From Candidatus Bathyarchaeota archaeon (lineage in GTDB: Archaea > Thermoproteota > Bathyarchaeia > TCS64): a stretch of DNA of 64,000 nucleotides. The notes under the pieces are model-generated. The model saw only the letters and a list, made by a program, of their open reading frames with translations, did no database searches and was not told the DNA's origin. The stretch covers positions 14,804 to 78,803 of the forward strand of contig JASLYX010000005.1 of assembly GCA_030739585.1 (NCBI GenBank), given 5' to 3'. Position numbers and translations under genes: made by a program. Shown piece by piece: positions 1 through 9,614 of this stretch (position 1 is the stretch's first letter; the number at the start of each line of letters is the position of its first letter).

Positions 1-2
1 AT

Positions 3-284
3 GAGGACCTAGGCTTAGCCGAGAGAGGCCAAGGAGCAGACCTTCTCCGGGAAGGGGAGACTGAAATTGGGGGCAGGATCCCAGTGAATGTAGACGGGGG
101 ACTTAAGGCAAAGGGTCACCCAGTCGGTGCCACCGGCTGTTCCATGATTTATGAACTCACCAAGCAGCTTAGAAACGAGGCCGATACCCGGAACCGGCAG
201 GTCCCTCTCAATAACAACCTAGCCCTTGCCCATAACGTGGGGGGCACGGGCCATTATTGCTATGTCACGATCCTGGAGAGGTGA
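3..284 (+). CDS. Thiolase (acetyl-CoA acetyltransferase family), C-terminal part; 5' end outside window
   Basis: Frame is open from nt 3: [11 protein letters not shown]...[23 protein letters not shown]...LAHNVGG, the thiolase C-terminal motifs; followed by DUF35 partner. Confidence 0.9.
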   Translation, partial: EDLGLAERGQGADLLREGETEIGGRIPVNVDGGLKAKGHPVGATGCSMIYELTKQLRNEADTRNRQVPLNNNLALAHNVGGTGHYCYVTILER

Positions 285-721
285 CAAAAGTGTGGAATAG
301 CTGGCCATCGATAAAATCCAAACCACTAAACTTAGAGTTCACTATACCCACCGACAAGATCCATAAGTTCTGGAACTATCTCGAGGCAGGGGAATTTAGG
401 ACAACACGCTGCAAGTCATGCGGTTCCCTCACATTTCCTCCCGTAGGAGACTGCCTCAAGTGCACAGACTCGGACATAGAGTGGGTGGAGCTTGATGGCA
501 GGGGAGAAGTGGTGGCATTCACACACGTAATTGCCCGTCCCGTCTCCTTCCAGGAACATCCCCCGTACACTATCGTCATTGTGGATCTTGTTGAATGCCT
601 CAAGGTTCTAGCTTGGATGGAGAGGAGCGAGATCACCGAGGTGAAGGTTGGAATGGACGTCCGTCTGGTGGCTGGGATGACCGTAGACGGGGAGCCTTCC
701 TACTGGTTTGTCCCCAGATAG
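281..721 (+). CDS. DUF35 Zn-ribbon/OB-fold protein (thiolase partner)
   Basis: CKSC...CLKC zinc ribbon plus OB-fold (GRGEVVAFT...VKVGMDV); GTG overlaps thiolase TGA. Confidence 0.9.
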   Translation: MTKVWNSWPSIKSKPLNLEFTIPTDKIHKFWNYLEAGEFRTTRCKSCGSLTFPPVGDCLKCTDSDIEWVELDGRGEVVAFTHVIARPVSFQEHPPYTIVIVDLVECLKVLAWMERSEITEVKVGMDVRLVAGMTVDGEPSYWFVPR

Positions 722-734
722 TCAAAAGTTTTTT

Positions 735-971
735 TCATTGCATCTTAAAAATATCTCCCAGGATTAATCTAGGGATTAATAGGTCTGTGGCCCAGAAATA
801 TGGGCCACGGGATAAGAGCGCTTTTGGTTTTGCCCGCTTAGGGGTTACTCTATTTGACCTAGCCAAGAGGTTATTAAAAAGGCTGTGGACAGTAGAAGCT
901 GGAGTCTCGATAAGTTCGCGGAAAAGAAGATTATACGGAGGAGGCCAAGCGTGAAAACAAAACTTGTCCAT
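735..971 (-). CDS. Possible small hypothetical protein downstream of the menA fusion
   Basis: 78-aa ORF co-oriented 32 nt after the menA stop; no motif recognised. Confidence 0.25.
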   Translation of the reverse strand: MDKFCFHAWPPPYNLLFRELIETPASTVHSLFNNLLARSNRVTPKRAKPKALLSRGPYFWATDLLIPRLILGDIFKMQ

Positions 972-1002
972 TACACCCTAGCACTTAATGTGCCCCACCG
1001 CT

Positions 1003-2544
1003 TTACGTTTGTAAGCTTGTCTTCAGACCCAGAAAGATGTTTTTCTTCCTCTCCATGTCTTTATACATGTAGATTATGAAGACTGCATAGGCTCCACCGA
1101 TGAGGAGGCTAAGCCCCAGATTCTCTGGTCCCAATCCCTCTATTAGGTATCCTAGGGACAGGAGGAGACTCGTGAAAAGATGAGTAATTATTGTCAGGAT
1201 ATTTGCGGGGACGAGGTCGAAGGACTTTGAATGATACCGGGTTGCATATCCCACTGCTTTAACCGCAAAAGGGATGGTAAGGAAACCGAGCGAGGCATAA
1301 ATTGGAAGAATTTGATACAACAAAGCCAATGCCAGAGCTCCATATGTCCCTATGAACATCATCATGAATCCGAAAACTGCTCTGTTCCTGCCCAGCCGTA
1401 CAACTAGGGTGTCCTTTCCTACTGCCTTGTCAGCGACGTAGTCGGGGAACTCGTTAATGTAAAGGACGGCGGCGATAAGGAGCGAGACGGGGATGGATGC
1501 CACTAACGGCTCAACCGCCAGAGTCCCAGTCTGAACGTAGTAAGATCCAAGGACCATCAAGACTCCAAAGTTTAACCCGACAACAGCCTCTCCGATACCC
1601 CTGCTGGCGAGGTTCAGTGGTGGGGCCGTATAGAAGTAACCCGAGAAGACGCCTATGATGCCCAGGACAAGGATCGTATACCCGATTTTCCAGGATAGAA
1701 AAAGCCCTATGCCAGTGGCTAATGCGAAGAGGGCTAAGGCTCCGGAGAGAACTTCAAGGGGTGTTAAGAGCCCCAACTGGATCATTCGACTCCCTCCACT
1801 GAAAGGCCTGACGTACTCCCTGTTCACGTTGTCGTTGCCACTTTTATAGTCATAATAGTCATTGATCACGTTGGATCCGGCTTGGACCGCCAGTCCCCCG
1901 ATTAGGGTCAAGATGAAATAGGTTAGGTTGAATGCGCCATTCCGCATCCAGGCGATGGATGCTCCTAATATGATAGGGACTATGACGGAAACTAGACTCA
2001 GGAACCTTAGTGCAGTTGTCCAGTGTCTGAGCTTACTCCTTAGCTGACTGCATTCGTTTGATTCAACCACATTCTCGCTGAATTCAAGCACCGTGGGCGG
2101 CTGTCCTTGGACGATTTCCCCAAAGATGCGGTATTTGAGCAGTAGGGGGACCACCTTGATGCAGTCTAATAGGTCCAAGCTTTCTGTCTGTTTTAGATAT
2201 CCCACTACGGGGGACCTCCCTGCTAGAGCCTTGAAAGCCTCATTTTTCTCAGATCCATCTTTCAAAAGGTAGGCCTTTCCCGTTACCTCGACTTCAGCAG
2301 ATTCGTTAATGTTCTCCCCTTGATTCAGAATCAAAAGGGATAACGTGGGGTTCTCAGTGATCTGGAGGGTCTTAGGGTCTCCCTTCATAGAGGCGAGATA
2401 AATGTTGAAGGATTCATCATTCCAGTAATGCATCATCCTTGACCTGATCTCAGAGCCAGCAGCCGTAGAAACAAAAGCGGTATTCACAACATCCATCGTA
2501 GATAAAATTTCATCATGATTATGTAACTCTGTCAAATCCAACAC
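1003..2544 (-). CDS. menA: Fusion: N-terminal pyridoxamine-5'-phosphate-oxidase-like split-barrel domain + MenA/UbiA-family prenyltransferase
   Basis: N-term IRSRMMHY...KTLQITENPTLSL...EVEVTGKA; C-term NVINDYYDYKSGND, PFSGGSR, INEFPDYVADKAVGKDTLVVRLG and multiple TM helices. Confidence 0.8.
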   Translation of the reverse strand: MLDLTELHNHDEILSTMDVVNTAFVSTAAGSEIRSRMMHYWNDESFNIYLASMKGDPKTLQITENPTLSLLILNQGENINESAEVEVTGKAYLLKDGSEKNEAFKALAGRSPVVGYLKQTESLDLLDCIKVVPLLLKYRIFGEIVQGQPPTVLEFSENVVESNECSQLRSKLRHWTTALRFLSLVSVIVPIILGASIAWMRNGAFNLTYFILTLIGGLAVQAGSNVINDYYDYKSGNDNVNREYVRPFSGGSRMIQLGLLTPLEVLSGALALFALATGIGLFLSWKIGYTILVLGIIGVFSGYFYTAPPLNLASRGIGEAVVGLNFGVLMVLGSYYVQTGTLAVEPLVASIPVSLLIAAVLYINEFPDYVADKAVGKDTLVVRLGRNRAVFGFMMMFIGTYGALALALLYQILPIYASLGFLTIPFAVKAVGYATRYHSKSFDLVPANILTIITHLFTSLLLSLGYLIEGLGPENLGLSLLIGGAYAVFIIYMYKDMERKKNIFLGLKTSLQT

Positions 2545-2865
2545 ACCAGTAATTATCCACCCAAACCTGTTTAAACTAATAAACTTCGCGCATTTGGATA
2601 ATGTGAGCTGATGTTAGAATTCGAATGTATGGTAGATTACTGATCGGCTCGCATACAGCATCAAATACACTGAGATCTTAGATGTCGTGAACCATCTGAC
2701 TATGCACAAAGATTTGGGTTATATGTGGCTGGAGAATAAAACTAATCTGATGAAGGGGCTCGTCCCTCGGGGTAACTTGAACAAGGAAGTAACGGACGTC
2801 GTCGGCATCAACCGTCAGCCCCTTTAAAGAGGGTCGGGATGGAATAAAAATCCTCGTTTCCTAAA

Positions 2866-3843
2866 TTATCTCTCAGAGTAGAAGGGGGGTTTCGGAGCCC
2901 ACTCTCCGTAGTCCCCCTCTCTGAGTAGGGGCTTGTTTGCAGGCCACATTTTGGCGTCAAGGTAGGTGTAGCACTCGGTTCTTACCTGCTGGAGCATGTT
3001 GTGGAGCTTTGTCTTCTTCCGATAATCCCTGAGCTCGTCGACGTCGATAGTGGCTCCGATGGTCATCTGACGCCCCTTTGCTGCCTGGGCCAAGGTTCTC
3101 CCTAGGTAGTCTACAATCATGCTGAGACCGTACTTTGCCCCGTTGCAGTTTATCCCGTAGAGCATGTTCTCGATGGATCGCATTCTGTTCACTATGGTGT
3201 ACCAATCATAGGGATCGAACATGAACTGCTGTGGATAGGGGGGAAATATGGTAGGCTTAAGGAGGACCTCTGCCCCGTTAAACGCGAGCTGTCGGGCAAC
3301 CTCAGGAAAGAACTGATCGTAGCAGATTTGGCAGGCCAGATTTCCCAGCTCCGTTTCTACCACTGGAAACAGGGGGGCCCTGTAGTCGTCGAGAACGTCG
3401 TGGGGGCTTGTGGAGAGCTCAAGGGGGATCCAAGGGTTCACTTTGCGGTACTTGAGGATGATCCGGCCCTTAGGGTTCATAATGAAAGCTGTGTTGAAAA
3501 AGTAGTTGGGGTGTTCCGGGTCCCTCTCGTGGATTGATGCAGAGACATATGTATTATGCTTTTTCGCCTTCTCTGCGATCTTATCTGTTTCATCCCCAGG
3601 CACTAGCACAGCGGTTTTGACCCGTTCCTCCTGGCTTGAGCATTGGGTGTCGAACTCATGCCTCAAGATATTCTCCGGGAGAACAGCGAGCCTGACCGGA
3701 AGGATCTGGTCCCAGGTTTCGAGGCTCTCAAAGGTCTCTAGGACATTCTTCAGGTTTTCATTCCCCCGTTTCTTGACGTCGGGAATCTCCTCTGGGTTGA
3801 TCCTCTTGAACTGGATGATCGCCGCTGTGTATCTGTCAATCAA
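2866..3843 (-). CDS. Nitrilase / carbon-nitrogen hydrolase family protein
   Basis: E-K-C triad: VLPEN, KYRKVNP, QICYDQFFPE. Confidence 0.85.
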   Translation of the reverse strand: MIDRYTAAIIQFKRINPEEIPDVKKRGNENLKNVLETFESLETWDQILPVRLAVLPENILRHEFDTQCSSQEERVKTAVLVPGDETDKIAEKAKKHNTYVSASIHERDPEHPNYFFNTAFIMNPKGRIILKYRKVNPWIPLELSTSPHDVLDDYRAPLFPVVETELGNLACQICYDQFFPEVARQLAFNGAEVLLKPTIFPPYPQQFMFDPYDWYTIVNRMRSIENMLYGINCNGAKYGLSMIVDYLGRTLAQAAKGRQMTIGATIDVDELRDYRKKTKLHNMLQQVRTECYTYLDAKMWPANKPLLREGDYGEWAPKPPFYSER

Positions 3844-4209
3844 ACAAATTTACCTTCAAGATCTCCGTGAAGCAGAGGACCTCGGTGTCTATGGGTCTTA
3901 TACCTCCATCATTACTTCACGCTTTACTTTGAATCCCATTTTGATTATAAATCTACGTGCTCTGCTATTCTGTTGCATCTTTATCTCAAATTCTGGCTTG
4001 GCTCCTGATGGGAGGGGCCTGGGCAATCTTCTCTTCTAGGGATAAAATATCACTAACGCATCTATATTCTCAACTGAGATCTCCCGCTGGAGCCTAAAGA
4101 TCTACCTCCTATATCCTGCGCGCGGTGTTCAAACAAATGTCTAAGTGAGGGTATGCTGCTACTTGACTTTCGCGATAATACCAACTTGCTTTTCTATCCC
4201 TCCGTGAGA

Positions 4210-5322
4210 TTACAGGACCTTGGCAATAATCTCCGCAATGTCCATGACCTTAACGGAGTGGTCAAGTCCCGACGTCAGCACCGCATCTTCCAGAGTGGAT
4301 AGGCAGAAGGGACAAGCCGTTGCAATTATCTCTGCCCCCACCTCGACGGCGCCCCTTATCCTCCTCTCAGCAAGTCTTTCCCCTGGTATATCTACCAAAA
4401 TCCTTCCACCCCCTCCCTCGCAGCAGAGCCCCCTCTCCCTAGATCTATCCAGCTCTAGAAAGTTCAACCCCGGCACGGCCTTCAATACTTTTCGGGGATC
4501 TTCATAGATCCCGTTTTGCCTCCCTAGGAAGCACGGGTCGTGGTAAGTAACGGTCTTTTGGAAACTTCTAGAAAACCTGAGCTTCCCTTTGTCAATAAGG
4601 GTTGCGAGGAGCTGAGTGTAGTGCTGCGCCTCAAAGCTGGGGTTGCCGTACCTATTCTTGAACATGTTGAAGCAGTGGGGGGAGGTGGTGACCATACTTT
4701 TGACGCCGCGCTCCTCAAATAGTTCGGTGTTGTCTTCAACGACCATCTCAAAGAGACCCTTCTCCCCCATCCCGTAGACGGTGTCCCCGCAGCAGGTCTC
4801 CTTATCCCCCAAGGTACCATAGTCAACCCCCGCCGAGGAGAATATACTCACAAGGGCCTTTGCTGTCTTCTGACCCCGAGGATCGTAGGCTGGGGTGCAT
4901 CCTACATAGTAAAGGAACTCGGTTTCCTTCTTGAACTCAGGGACGTCAAGACTTTCCTCCCATTCGGAACGCTTTGCCCTCCCTCTACTCCAGGGGTTCC
5001 CATGCTTAAAGACACTCTCCAGTGCGTCCCTCACCGTCGATGAGACCATTCCCCCCTCTACGGCGAGCCCTCGCATCTCCAATATGACCTTATATGGGCT
5101 GAGCTCCTTAGGGCATCGGGCCTCGCAGGCGGAGCAGGTGGTGCAGCTCCAGAGGACATCCTCGGGTGGGATCTCAACTCTCCTGTTGAGATTAATCTCC
5201 CGCATCAGCTGTCTGATGTTGAGACCCGCCTTAGCAGACACAGGACAGCTCCCTGTGCAGACCCCACATTGTATGCACTTGAAAAGCTTGAACTCATGGA
5301 TGAATTTCTGGGCTTCCGCCAT
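4210..5322 (-). CDS. HdrD/GlpC-like Fe-S oxidoreductase (2x4Fe-4S + two CCG domains)
   Basis: CIQCGVCTGSCP, CTTCSACEARCP, YVGC...ETCCG...SPHC, YHDPC...LCCEGGG...ACPFC; ATG at 5322 preceded by GAGGAG. Confidence 0.88.
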   Translation of the reverse strand: MAEAQKFIHEFKLFKCIQCGVCTGSCPVSAKAGLNIRQLMREINLNRRVEIPPEDVLWSCTTCSACEARCPKELSPYKVILEMRGLAVEGGMVSSTVRDALESVFKHGNPWSRGRAKRSEWEESLDVPEFKKETEFLYYVGCTPAYDPRGQKTAKALVSIFSSAGVDYGTLGDKETCCGDTVYGMGEKGLFEMVVEDNTELFEERGVKSMVTTSPHCFNMFKNRYGNPSFEAQHYTQLLATLIDKGKLRFSRSFQKTVTYHDPCFLGRQNGIYEDPRKVLKAVPGLNFLELDRSRERGLCCEGGGGRILVDIPGERLAERRIRGAVEVGAEIIATACPFCLSTLEDAVLTSGLDHSVKVMDIAEIIAKVL

Positions 5323-5415
5323 CTCCTCTAACTCAAGGATGACTTGATTTAATTCTTGTTGCAGGCTTTCACATGAATGTTTTATAGTGTTAGTTACCGA
5401 GACCAAAGGATAACG

Positions 5416-7785
5416 ATGGCCGCGGAATCTAAGGTTGGGGTTTACCTCTGCGAGTGCGGGGGAAACATCAGTGATGTTGTGGACGTCGAGGAGATCCGGA
5501 ACCATGTTAGGGAGTGGGACAATATCGCGGCCATAAGGAAGGATAACTACCTCTGCTCCAAGCCGGCCCAGGAAACAATTCTAGCAGACATCGAGAGGCA
5601 TGGGCTTGACAGGGTCGTAGTAGCCGCCTGCACTCCCCGGATGCACCTTCATACGTTCCAAGAGGTCCTGAAGAGAGCAGGTCTCAATCCCTACCTCTTA
5701 GAGTTCTCCAATATCCGGGAGCAGTGTAGCTGGGTCCATGGACCCCACTTATCCGAGGTGGCTACCCGTAAGGCAGAGCGAATCATACGAGGGAGCTATG
5801 AGAGGAGCCTCTACCTGGATCCTCTCGAGGAAACTAGTGAAGGAGCCTCTGAGGAGGTCTTAGTAATAGGGGGGGGCATCGCCGGGATCACTGCTAGCCT
5901 CGAGCTCGAGGCGCAGGGCCGGATGGTCCACCTCGTGGAGAGAGAGCCTAGCATCGGGGGGCATGCCGCGAGACTCACCAAGGTCTTTCCTACTATGGAT
6001 TGTGCTCAGTGTATTATAACCCCCAGGATCGCCGAGGTGGGAAGGAAGGCTAGAATTAACCTCCTCTCCTATTCTGAAGTGCAGTCCGTCTCAGGTCGCC
6101 CTGGGAACTACTCTGTCACCGTCCAAAGGAAGCCCCGTGGAGTAGACCCCGAGCTTTGTACAGCATGTTCTATCTGCGCCCGGGTATGCCCTGTAAAGGT
6201 CCCTAACGAGTATAACGAGGGGCGATCAGAACGACCCGCGGTATACCTTCAATTCCCTCAGGCGGTACCCTCTATATACACCATCGACTTTAACCACTGC
6301 ACCAGATGCGGCTTATGCGCCGATAAATGCCCAAGTGACGCCATCCGTCTTGACGACGAGGGCGCCCTCATGACCTTCGAGGTGGGGAGCATCGTATTTG
6401 CCACGGGCTTCAGGCAATATCCCGCCGCCGACCTTGCCGAGTACGGCTACGGAGTCTATTCTGACGTCATTACGATGCTTGAGCTGGAGCGCCTCACAAA
6501 TCTTACTGGACCCACCAGGGGCCGGATGACCCGGTTCAGCAACGGTGAGGATGCCACAAAGATTGCAATGGTGCTCTGCGCGGGATCCCGTGATAAAAAC
6601 CGGTACATCCCCTACTGCAGCCGGATTTGCTGTATGTATAGCATTAAGCAGGCTATAATGCTCCGGGAAATGCTGGGAAAGGAGGTCTGGGTTTATTATA
6701 CTGATATCCGCGCTGCAGGCAGGGGCTATGAGGAGCTCTATTGGAGGGCACAGAAGGCGGGGGTCATTTTCGTCAGGGGGAAGGCCAGCGAGGTATGGAG
6801 GAACAGCGGCTCAGGGAGGCTAGTGGTTCGAGCAGAGGATACCCTCACCGGAAGAGTCTTGGAGGAGGAGTTTGATACGATAGCCCTCGCCGTCGCGATG
6901 ATCCCTCCAAAAGGTCTAGAAGAGCTCGCCCAAGCGGCCTCTATCCCTTTAGGGGAAGACGGCTTTGTCCAGGAAAAGCACCCCAAACTCGATCCCATCG
7001 AGTCCCTGAAGACCGGGATATATGCGTGCGGATGTTCCTTGGGCCCCAAGGACCTGAGGGATACAGTCACTGACAGCCTCGGAGTGGCTGCCAAAGTTGT
7101 TACCTTCCTGGGGAAAGGGAGGGTCTTTGCGAGCCCCGAGAAGGCCTACGTGGACCCGGGAACCTGCGACGGATGCGGCGATTGCGTCCCTGTCTGCCCC
7201 GTCGCCGCAATAATCCTTGAGGACAGGAAGGCTGAGATCGATCCCTTCATTTGCAACGGCTGCGGGGGGTGCGTCCCTATCTGCCCACATGAAGCCATCG
7301 ACTTCAAGAACTCGACGAGGGCTCAGCTCCGGGCTACCCTTAGGGGAGGCCTGATGGATAAGGAGGAGGGAGAGTTGAGGCTCATCGCCTTTGTTGAGAA
7401 GACCATCGGGTACACTGGTGTAGACTTCCTTGGCCTCGACAGGGCCCAATATCCCGAGAGCGTAACAGTAGTCCAAGTACCTACCACCGCATTCCTTAGC
7501 ATAGGCCATATCTTAGATGCCTTCTCCGCAGGAGCTGACGGGGTTATCCTTATTGAGGGAACTAAGGCCATTGACGAGGACTTCATGAAGAAGCGAATAG
7601 AAGCGTTTGGGGACGAATTAGAGGACATAGGGGTCGACGGGATGCGCCTTTATTACAGCCTCATTCAGCTCCCAGCCTACAAAAACATTGCCCGAATTTT
7701 TGAGAATCACCATTCTACTATTAAAGATCTGGGTCCTCTAAATCTAGATGAGCTTAAGGCTGTAAGATCTCGCCTTGGAATTTAG
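5416..7785 (+). CDS. hdrA: Heterodisulfide reductase subunit A fused to a C-terminal MvhD-like domain
   Basis: CECGGNI, AACTPRMH, REQCSWVH, GGGIAG FAD motif, CAGSRD...CSRICCMY, ferredoxin motifs; C-term QYPESVTVVQVP...AFSAGADGV resembles MvhD. Confidence 0.9.
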   Translation: MAAESKVGVYLCECGGNISDVVDVEEIRNHVREWDNIAAIRKDNYLCSKPAQETILADIERHGLDRVVVAACTPRMHLHTFQEVLKRAGLNPYLLEFSNIREQCSWVHGPHLSEVATRKAERIIRGSYERSLYLDPLEETSEGASEEVLVIGGGIAGITASLELEAQGRMVHLVEREPSIGGHAARLTKVFPTMDCAQCIITPRIAEVGRKARINLLSYSEVQSVSGRPGNYSVTVQRKPRGVDPELCTACSICARVCPVKVPNEYNEGRSERPAVYLQFPQAVPSIYTIDFNHCTRCGLCADKCPSDAIRLDDEGALMTFEVGSIVFATGFRQYPAADLAEYGYGVYSDVITMLELERLTNLTGPTRGRMTRFSNGEDATKIAMVLCAGSRDKNRYIPYCSRICCMYSIKQAIMLREMLGKEVWVYYTDIRAAGRGYEELYWRAQKAGVIFVRGKASEVWRNSGSGRLVVRAEDTLTGRVLEEEFDTIALAVAMIPPKGLEELAQAASIPLGEDGFVQEKHPKLDPIESLKTGIYACGCSLGPKDLRDTVTDSLGVAAKVVTFLGKGRVFASPEKAYVDPGTCDGCGDCVPVCPVAAIILEDRKAEIDPFICNGCGGCVPICPHEAIDFKNSTRAQLRATLRGGLMDKEEGELRLIAFVEKTIGYTGVDFLGLDRAQYPESVTVVQVPTTAFLSIGHILDAFSAGADGVILIEGTKAIDEDFMKKRIEAFGDELEDIGVDGMRLYYSLIQLPAYKNIARIFENHHSTIKDLGPLNLDELKAVRSRLGI

Positions 7786-7837
7786 CTCTTTTATATTGAG
7801 AAAGATATACCTCGTTCGGGTGTTTTGATTAGAGATC

Positions 7838-8617
7838 GTGGTCTGCGTCAAACAGGTCCCGGTCACCGCCGAGGTGGACCTCTTGGTGGACGAATCCGGA
7901 AGGAGGATTGATTCCCGTGGCCTCGTCATGGAGATGAACGAGTGGGATGAGTACGCTATTGAGGAAGCTCTTCTCATCAAGGAGAGGATCGGGGGCACTG
8001 TTACTGCCATCACCATGGGTCCCATGAGCTCAGACTCTATTCTGAGGCGCTGTCTAGCCAAGGGAGCCGATCACGCCATCCTCCTTAGAGACGAGGCCTT
8101 TGAAGGGTCCGATGCCTACGCCACAGCAAAGACCCTCCATGCGGCGATCAGTGGCCTCGAATACGACCTTGTGTTCACCGGGGCCCGATCGGGGGATCAC
8201 AACTACTCCGCCGTGGGGGGCATCCTTGCAGCACTCCTTGGGGTTGCCCACGCGCAACTGGTAAAGAAGGTCAAAGTCGTGAATAGGTCGCTTATAGTCC
8301 ACCGGGAGCTAGAGGAGGGCCTCGAAGAGGCCCTTGAGCTGCCTATGCCTGCTCTCCTCGGGATCCAAACAGGGATTAACGAGCCCCGGTACGTCTCCAT
8401 CATGGGGATCAGGAAAGCAAGGAAGAAAGAGCTCACGGTCATGGACCTCAATAACCTCCGCCTCAATAGGGAAGAGGTCGGGGAGACGGGTTCCTGGCTG
8501 AAAGTCCAGCGAATCTACGCGCCCCTCATAGAGAAAGAGACTGAGATCATCACCGGGAGTCCAGAAGATGTAGTAGGGAGGCTTGTCGAGGTTTTCAAGT
8601 ACAGGGGGCTGATCTAG
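7838..8617 (+). CDS. etfB: Electron transfer flavoprotein beta subunit
   Basis: VCVKQVP, MNEWDEYAIEEAL, GINEPRYVSIMGIRKARKK; homology begins 3 codons upstream (TTA GAG ATC). Confidence 0.92.
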   Translation: MVCVKQVPVTAEVDLLVDESGRRIDSRGLVMEMNEWDEYAIEEALLIKERIGGTVTAITMGPMSSDSILRRCLAKGADHAILLRDEAFEGSDAYATAKTLHAAISGLEYDLVFTGARSGDHNYSAVGGILAALLGVAHAQLVKKVKVVNRSLIVHRELEEGLEEALELPMPALLGIQTGINEPRYVSIMGIRKARKKELTVMDLNNLRLNREEVGETGSWLKVQRIYAPLIEKETEIITGSPEDVVGRLVEVFKYRGLI

Positions 8618-9598
8618 CTGGTAGGCATTCTCATATTAGCAGAACACAGGAAGGGGTGCCTCAGGGAAATCACCTATGAGCTTCTCGCTAAAGGCATGAT
8701 GGTCGCCAAATCACGAGGGCTAGAGCTGTCAGTCATACTTCTTGGATCTGGATGCTCAGAGCTCGCAGGTGAACTCGCTTATCACGCGGACAAAGTCATC
8801 GTCGTGAACCACCCGAACCTTGCTGAGTTTAACGCCGAGGCGTACAGGAAGGTTCTCGTTAGTTTTATCGCCAATAGGATACCTCGCCTCACCCTTATCG
8901 GCCACACCTCCTGCGGCCTAGATCTCGCCCCAGCCCTTGCGATAGAGTTGGGTATCCCTCTTGCTACAGACTGTATTGATCTGAGGCTGGATGGGAGGAG
9001 TCTCATCGTCACCCGCCAGGTCTACGGGGGAAAACTGAACATTGAAGGGGTTCTTAAGGAAGCGGATAATTATGTCGCCACCATTCGCCCTGTGACCTTC
9101 AAACCAGGGGAGCCCCGGACTCGGCCGGGGGAGATAATTTCTCTGGAATATCCCAAGGATATCAAGCTTGGGACCCGCTTCATAGGCTTCGTGGAACCTC
9201 CTCCGGGGGAGGTGGACATCACAGATGCAGAGGTCATTGTTTCTGTTGGAAGGGGCATCAAAGAGGAGAAGAACATCTCTATAGCCAAGAAGCTCGCCGA
9301 GGCATTGAAGGGGGAGCTGGGGTGCTCAAGACCAGTAGTGGACAAGGGATGGCTTCCTAAGGAGCGGCAAGTAGGATCCTCTGGAAAGACAGTGAAACCT
9401 AAGCTCTACATCGCCTCAGGGATAAGCGGAAGCTTTCAACACATGATGGGAATGAAGAACTCAGAGCTCATCGTCGCAGTTAACAGGGACCCAAAGGCAC
9501 CCATTTTCAGCATAGCCGACTACGGTGTGGTGGACGACCTTTTCATGGTGCTTCCTGCGCTGACAAAGAAAATATCTAACCTCAAAGGGTCCGAGTAG
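8618..9598 (+). CDS. etfA: Electron transfer flavoprotein alpha subunit (probable CTG start, earlier than the ORF track)
   Basis: In-frame upstream LVGILILAEHRKGCLREITYELL matches the EtfA N-terminus; VSVGRG, SRPVVD, QVGSSGKTVKPKLYIASGISG, NRDPKAPIF. Confidence 0.9.
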   Translation: MVGILILAEHRKGCLREITYELLAKGMMVAKSRGLELSVILLGSGCSELAGELAYHADKVIVVNHPNLAEFNAEAYRKVLVSFIANRIPRLTLIGHTSCGLDLAPALAIELGIPLATDCIDLRLDGRSLIVTRQVYGGKLNIEGVLKEADNYVATIRPVTFKPGEPRTRPGEIISLEYPKDIKLGTRFIGFVEPPPGEVDITDAEVIVSVGRGIKEEKNISIAKKLAEALKGELGCSRPVVDKGWLPKERQVGSSGKTVKPKLYIASGISGSFQHMMGMKNSELIVAVNRDPKAPIFSIADYGVVDDLFMVLPALTKKISNLKGSE

Positions 9599-9614
9599 CC
9601 CAGCTATAAAGCCG

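Noticed and set aside
2747-2824. CTGATGA plus nested stems (AAGGGGCT/AGCCCCTT) as hammerhead ribozyme or ncRNA
   Set aside because: No GAAA after the putative stem II, the stems are short, and the region also reads as a short open frame; insufficient support.
5323-5505. Long N-terminal extensions of the hdrD-like and hdrA ORFs that overlap each other
   Set aside because: Homology begins at ATG 5322 (-) and ATG 5416 (+); the overlap is an artefact of longest-ORF calling.
8615-8617. Genome-wide TAG recoding
   Set aside because: Many genes (etfA, nuoD, atpB, uppS, rps8e) end at TAG at their expected C-termini.
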